Below are positions 61,153 to 64,000 of a stretch of 64,000 bases of DNA, piece by piece. Origin of the DNA: Bdellovibrionales bacterium. GTDB taxonomy: Bacteria; Bdellovibrionota; Bdellovibrionia; Bdellovibrionales; JAGQZY01. The position numbers and the translations under genes were made by a program. Every line of letters starts with the position of its first letter. The first letter of the stretch is position 1. Below the pieces are notes generated by a model. The model was not told the DNA's origin and searched no databases. It saw only the letters and a list, made by a program, of their open reading frames with translations. The stretch covers positions 256,001 through 320,000 of the forward strand of contig CAXRHT010000003.1 of NCBI GenBank assembly GCA_964230645.1. The letters run 5' to 3'.

Positions 61153-61794
61153 CTAAGAAAGCAGCTGACCCGTAACCATCCAGTGCAAGAATCTAAGATA
61201 AAATGTTTTGGCGTATCGACAACCAACGATCAGATCCTTTGAATCCTGCTCTGTCAATTTCGCTTGGTTCAAGGCCTCAATGATTTCCTCTCCATGCGCG
61301 AGATTGGGACCATGGCGATGAATCGTCAAAAATCGTGTGTTTTCTTTTGTCATGAACTCACTGGTGGCGATCATTTCATCGAGTAAGTCAGCACTTTTAT
61401 CACTTATATTTTCGAGGATACAGGTCCCTCCTAATCGAACAAATGGTCTTTCATCAACGACCGAATCGAAATAAAGCCACCACAGTTTGACGTCGATAGG
61501 GCATTCACCAGGAATCATGTCCAAGGCTTGTAAATCTTTCTCAGCAACTTTGAAATGAAACTCTTCCTCTTTTCCAAATTTCACAAGCCAATCACGAAAC
61601 TTCGGCCTTTTTGCCATTTCACTATTTGCAGCGATTCTGTAGAAATGATTTTGGACACCTTGGGTGAGATGGTACTGGCAGGTCAGAAAGCGTCCGTAGC
61701 GTTCTTTAGTAAGTCCTCCTTTTTCTTTTAACATGGAGATCTTGTTCCTAAATTCATTTTGAGCGCTTACAATTTCTTTTCTTATATCATCCAT
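61153..61794 (-). CDS. Heme-oxygenase-like (TenA/PqqC/CADD fold) putative diiron redox enzyme
   Basis: Helical protein with Y..FL.CQYH, KEEEFH (EExxH), ILE, FLTIH..H ligand pattern; ATG 61794 overlaps the cyclase stop (ATGGATGA). Confidence 0.7.
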   Translation of the reverse strand: MDDIRKEIVSAQNEFRNKISMLKEKGGLTKERYGRFLTCQYHLTQGVQNHFYRIAANSEMAKRPKFRDWLVKFGKEEEFHFKVAEKDLQALDMIPGECPIDVKLWWLYFDSVVDERPFVRLGGTCILENISDKSADLLDEMIATSEFMTKENTRFLTIHRHGPNLAHGEEIIEALNQAKLTEQDSKDLIVGCRYAKTFYLRFLHWMVTGQLLS

Positions 61795-63976
61795 TTTTTT
61801 TCCTAGGTTTGTAGATAGCAATGTTTTGAAGATCCGAGATTCCCCTAATTTGAACTTGCTGTTTGATTGTCCAGTTGTGATCTAAATCCTCGAGATTAAC
61901 CACTTTATCCGAAACCACGATAGTGGTTGAGAATTTTTTAGTTATTTGCTCAAGACGAGAAGCTAAATTCACGGTAGTGCCGATGACTGTGAATTCCATG
62001 CGATCATTAGAACCAATATTTCCAGCAATGACTGGGCCTTTGTGGATACCGAAACCAACTTCTAAATTCCCAAAACCTTCTATTTTATATTCGTTGTTAA
62101 TTTCGACTAGCTTTTGGTTAAAGGAGAAAATAGCATCGAAGACATTTTTAGTGTCCATAGGCGACCAGGGATAGACTCCCCAGGTTAATAGAGCTCCGTC
62201 GCCGAGAAATTTATCGATGACACCACCATTTTCCGTCACAGAATCTTGTAGGTCACTAAATAATCGATTTAATACTTCAATTAATAGTTCTGAAGGAATG
62301 GTCGAGGCTAAAGAAGTAAAATTTCTTATATCGGCGAAGACACAGATTGCATTTCTTGTTTTTCCCCCTAATTCAGGTTCTTTATTCTTCAATGTCTCTT
62401 CGACGACCCAGCCGGGAACAAATTTTTGGAAGATTTTTCGGGCTTTCATTTCCGAATCAATTTTTGATTTTTTATCGAGCGCTAGACCGATTGATTGCGA
62501 AATTCTTCTGAGAGAAACTAGGTCGCGCTTTAAAATATTATCTTTAGATTTGCCTTTGTCGGCAACAATGACTCCCCAACTTTTTTTCTCAGAAGGGATG
62601 GGCACTAGGCAAAAAGCGTTCACATTAAGACTTTTAATTAACTTTTTAGATTTTTCATTTAAGTGGAAGAGATGCTCCTCCAAATCATTGATAATAACCG
62701 ACTGTCCTGTATGAAAGACACTCGATAAGAAGTTGGGGTTGTCTCTTTTTTGTGAAATATCAACTTGGAATCGCCACAAGTCCATTATGGGTTGATTGGC
62801 TCCGTAAACCGATGCTGTTTTCAATATTTTGCTATCCTCGTCAGCAATCATAATAAATGCCCGTTCAAAACCGAAATGGTTGCAGGTGTTTTTTAAGGCT
62901 GTCTGCAAAATTCCGTTCAAATCGTCGAGTGTTTGAATTTTTCTATTGATATTGTCTAAAAGTCGACTTTCTTGATAATTTAGCTCAACAATTTCTTTGG
63001 AGGCTTGGAGCTCACGATATTTTAGGTCGGCACTTTTTTCCAATTTGTCCATAGAAGTAATAATATCATCATATCTCTCACTGGACCTCTTACTACTGTA
63101 TATTAAAAAATAGAGCATCGCTGAAAGAAGACCCATGCCCAGATACACACCTAGTTCCTCCCACCGGTCGATCAGGTAACTTGCGTAGTATAGACTTATG
63201 AATCCAAGAATAAAGCTTAGAACAAATTTATTGCGAAAAAAGGGTGTTTTCCAGCGGACCATATATTCACAATATTCATCACCATCGAAGGTAGATTTTA
63301 AAATCTGAATTTGCGCAGGCCGCCTCGTCAATATGCGCACGTAGGAGTCCAAAAGAGCGGTCCAGTTTTCCTTGGCCGATCGACTCTTTGGAATCAATTC
63401 TTTGTTTGGATTTGTAATTCGAATACGACAAAAATTTCGGCCGCTTTCAATAACTTTGTAGCTTCTCGTTTTGTTGAATTTCGGGAAATAGCGTTCAAAT
63501 GTCTTAAATGCAATTTTGGGCGAAAAAAAGTGCTTAATCACAAAATAGTTGGCTCCAAGAATTTCCTTTGTCGTGGCTCGATAACCAGCCCGACGATTAA
63601 GCTCATAGGTGTCGCTGAATTCTGAAAAGTCAGTGAGAAAGGAGTCAAAAAACTCGACACTTACCCAGTTGCTCTCTCTCTTGAAGTAATCTCTGTCTAG
63701 CTGGTATTTGGTTATAATTTTTGAGAGTGTTTTTTTTCCGACCATATCTTCTGCTTCTAGAATGTAAGGTCGCAAAACGGTGGCGTTGATATGTTGCTTC
63801 GTCCATCGAGGATCACTAGTGTCTCGATCTAGATTTACTGCTTTAGGGTTGTCTGTTTGCTTCTCGATACCGGCTTTTTCTTTTTTGCGTTTACGTCCGC
63901 CGAGATATTGTGCGTAGAGAAAACTGAGGTATTTAACAATTTTCTGTTTTAGCCCAAACTGTACCCGCTTTTGCAT
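61787..63976 (-). CDS. Membrane-anchored class III adenylate cyclase: N-terminal V4R/HNOB-like sensor, 2 TM, GAF, cyclase
   Basis: FADIRNFT, DKFLGDG, GFGIHKG, EFTVIGTTVNLASRLE; GAF (ERAFIM..CLVPI..GVIVAD); N-terminal NWVS..AG..FNK..GDEYCEY; exact start uncertain. Confidence 0.88.
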   Translation of the reverse strand: MQKRVQFGLKQKIVKYLSFLYAQYLGGRKRKKEKAGIEKQTDNPKAVNLDRDTSDPRWTKQHINATVLRPYILEAEDMVGKKTLSKIITKYQLDRDYFKRESNWVSVEFFDSFLTDFSEFSDTYELNRRAGYRATTKEILGANYFVIKHFFSPKIAFKTFERYFPKFNKTRSYKVIESGRNFCRIRITNPNKELIPKSRSAKENWTALLDSYVRILTRRPAQIQILKSTFDGDEYCEYMVRWKTPFFRNKFVLSFILGFISLYYASYLIDRWEELGVYLGMGLLSAMLYFLIYSSKRSSERYDDIITSMDKLEKSADLKYRELQASKEIVELNYQESRLLDNINRKIQTLDDLNGILQTALKNTCNHFGFERAFIMIADEDSKILKTASVYGANQPIMDLWRFQVDISQKRDNPNFLSSVFHTGQSVIINDLEEHLFHLNEKSKKLIKSLNVNAFCLVPIPSEKKSWGVIVADKGKSKDNILKRDLVSLRRISQSIGLALDKKSKIDSEMKARKIFQKFVPGWVVEETLKNKEPELGGKTRNAICVFADIRNFTSLASTIPSELLIEVLNRLFSDLQDSVTENGGVIDKFLGDGALLTWGVYPWSPMDTKNVFDAIFSFNQKLVEINNEYKIEGFGNLEVGFGIHKGPVIAGNIGSNDRMEFTVIGTTVNLASRLEQITKKFSTTIVVSDKVVNLEDLDHNWTIKQQVQIRGISDLQNIAIYKPRKKNG

Positions 63977-64000
63977 ACCGATATGGTTAAAAAATATGTG

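Overview
A 64-kb, gene-dense stretch of bacterial chromosome, roughly 40% GC by eye. The gene set and protein style suggest a Bdellovibrionota (Bdellovibrio-like) organism; this is inference, not a database result. Most of the window is housekeeping: sucD/sucC/mdh, a six-gene Mla/MCE lipid-transport operon, uppP, CBS+CGL reverse transsulfuration, tRNA-Phe, dusB, tolQRAB-glnE-cyclophilin-SDR-mtgA, an Rrf2-sufBCDS-nfu operon, mscS, ftsEX-envC-ctpA, tig, a tandem ArsA/GET3 ATPase pair, gshA, pepA and clpP-clpX-lon. Orphan secreted proteins and lipoproteins are interspersed. I found no CRISPR array, integrase or transposase. The most notable observations are: (1) a translationally coupled, AT-rich pair of a membrane adenylate cyclase (V4R/HNOB-like + GAF + class III domains) and a heme-oxygenase-like diiron enzyme, a candidate signal synthase/receptor module; (2) an Mla/MCE transporter with two different ATPases whose degenerate motifs all fall in one composite ATP site; (3) three copies of a 53-bp palindromic REP-like element whose arm ends are tandemly amplified into 17-, 20- or 22-nt arrays; (4) a 1.4-kb single-gene islet flanked by a 47-bp perfect direct repeat that duplicates the 3' end of the target gene; (5) a protamine/H1-like protein made of only six residue types, divergent from an orphan TadB/TadC + Ser/Thr kinase operon; (6) a shared upstream motif 64-67 bp before three lipoprotein genes.
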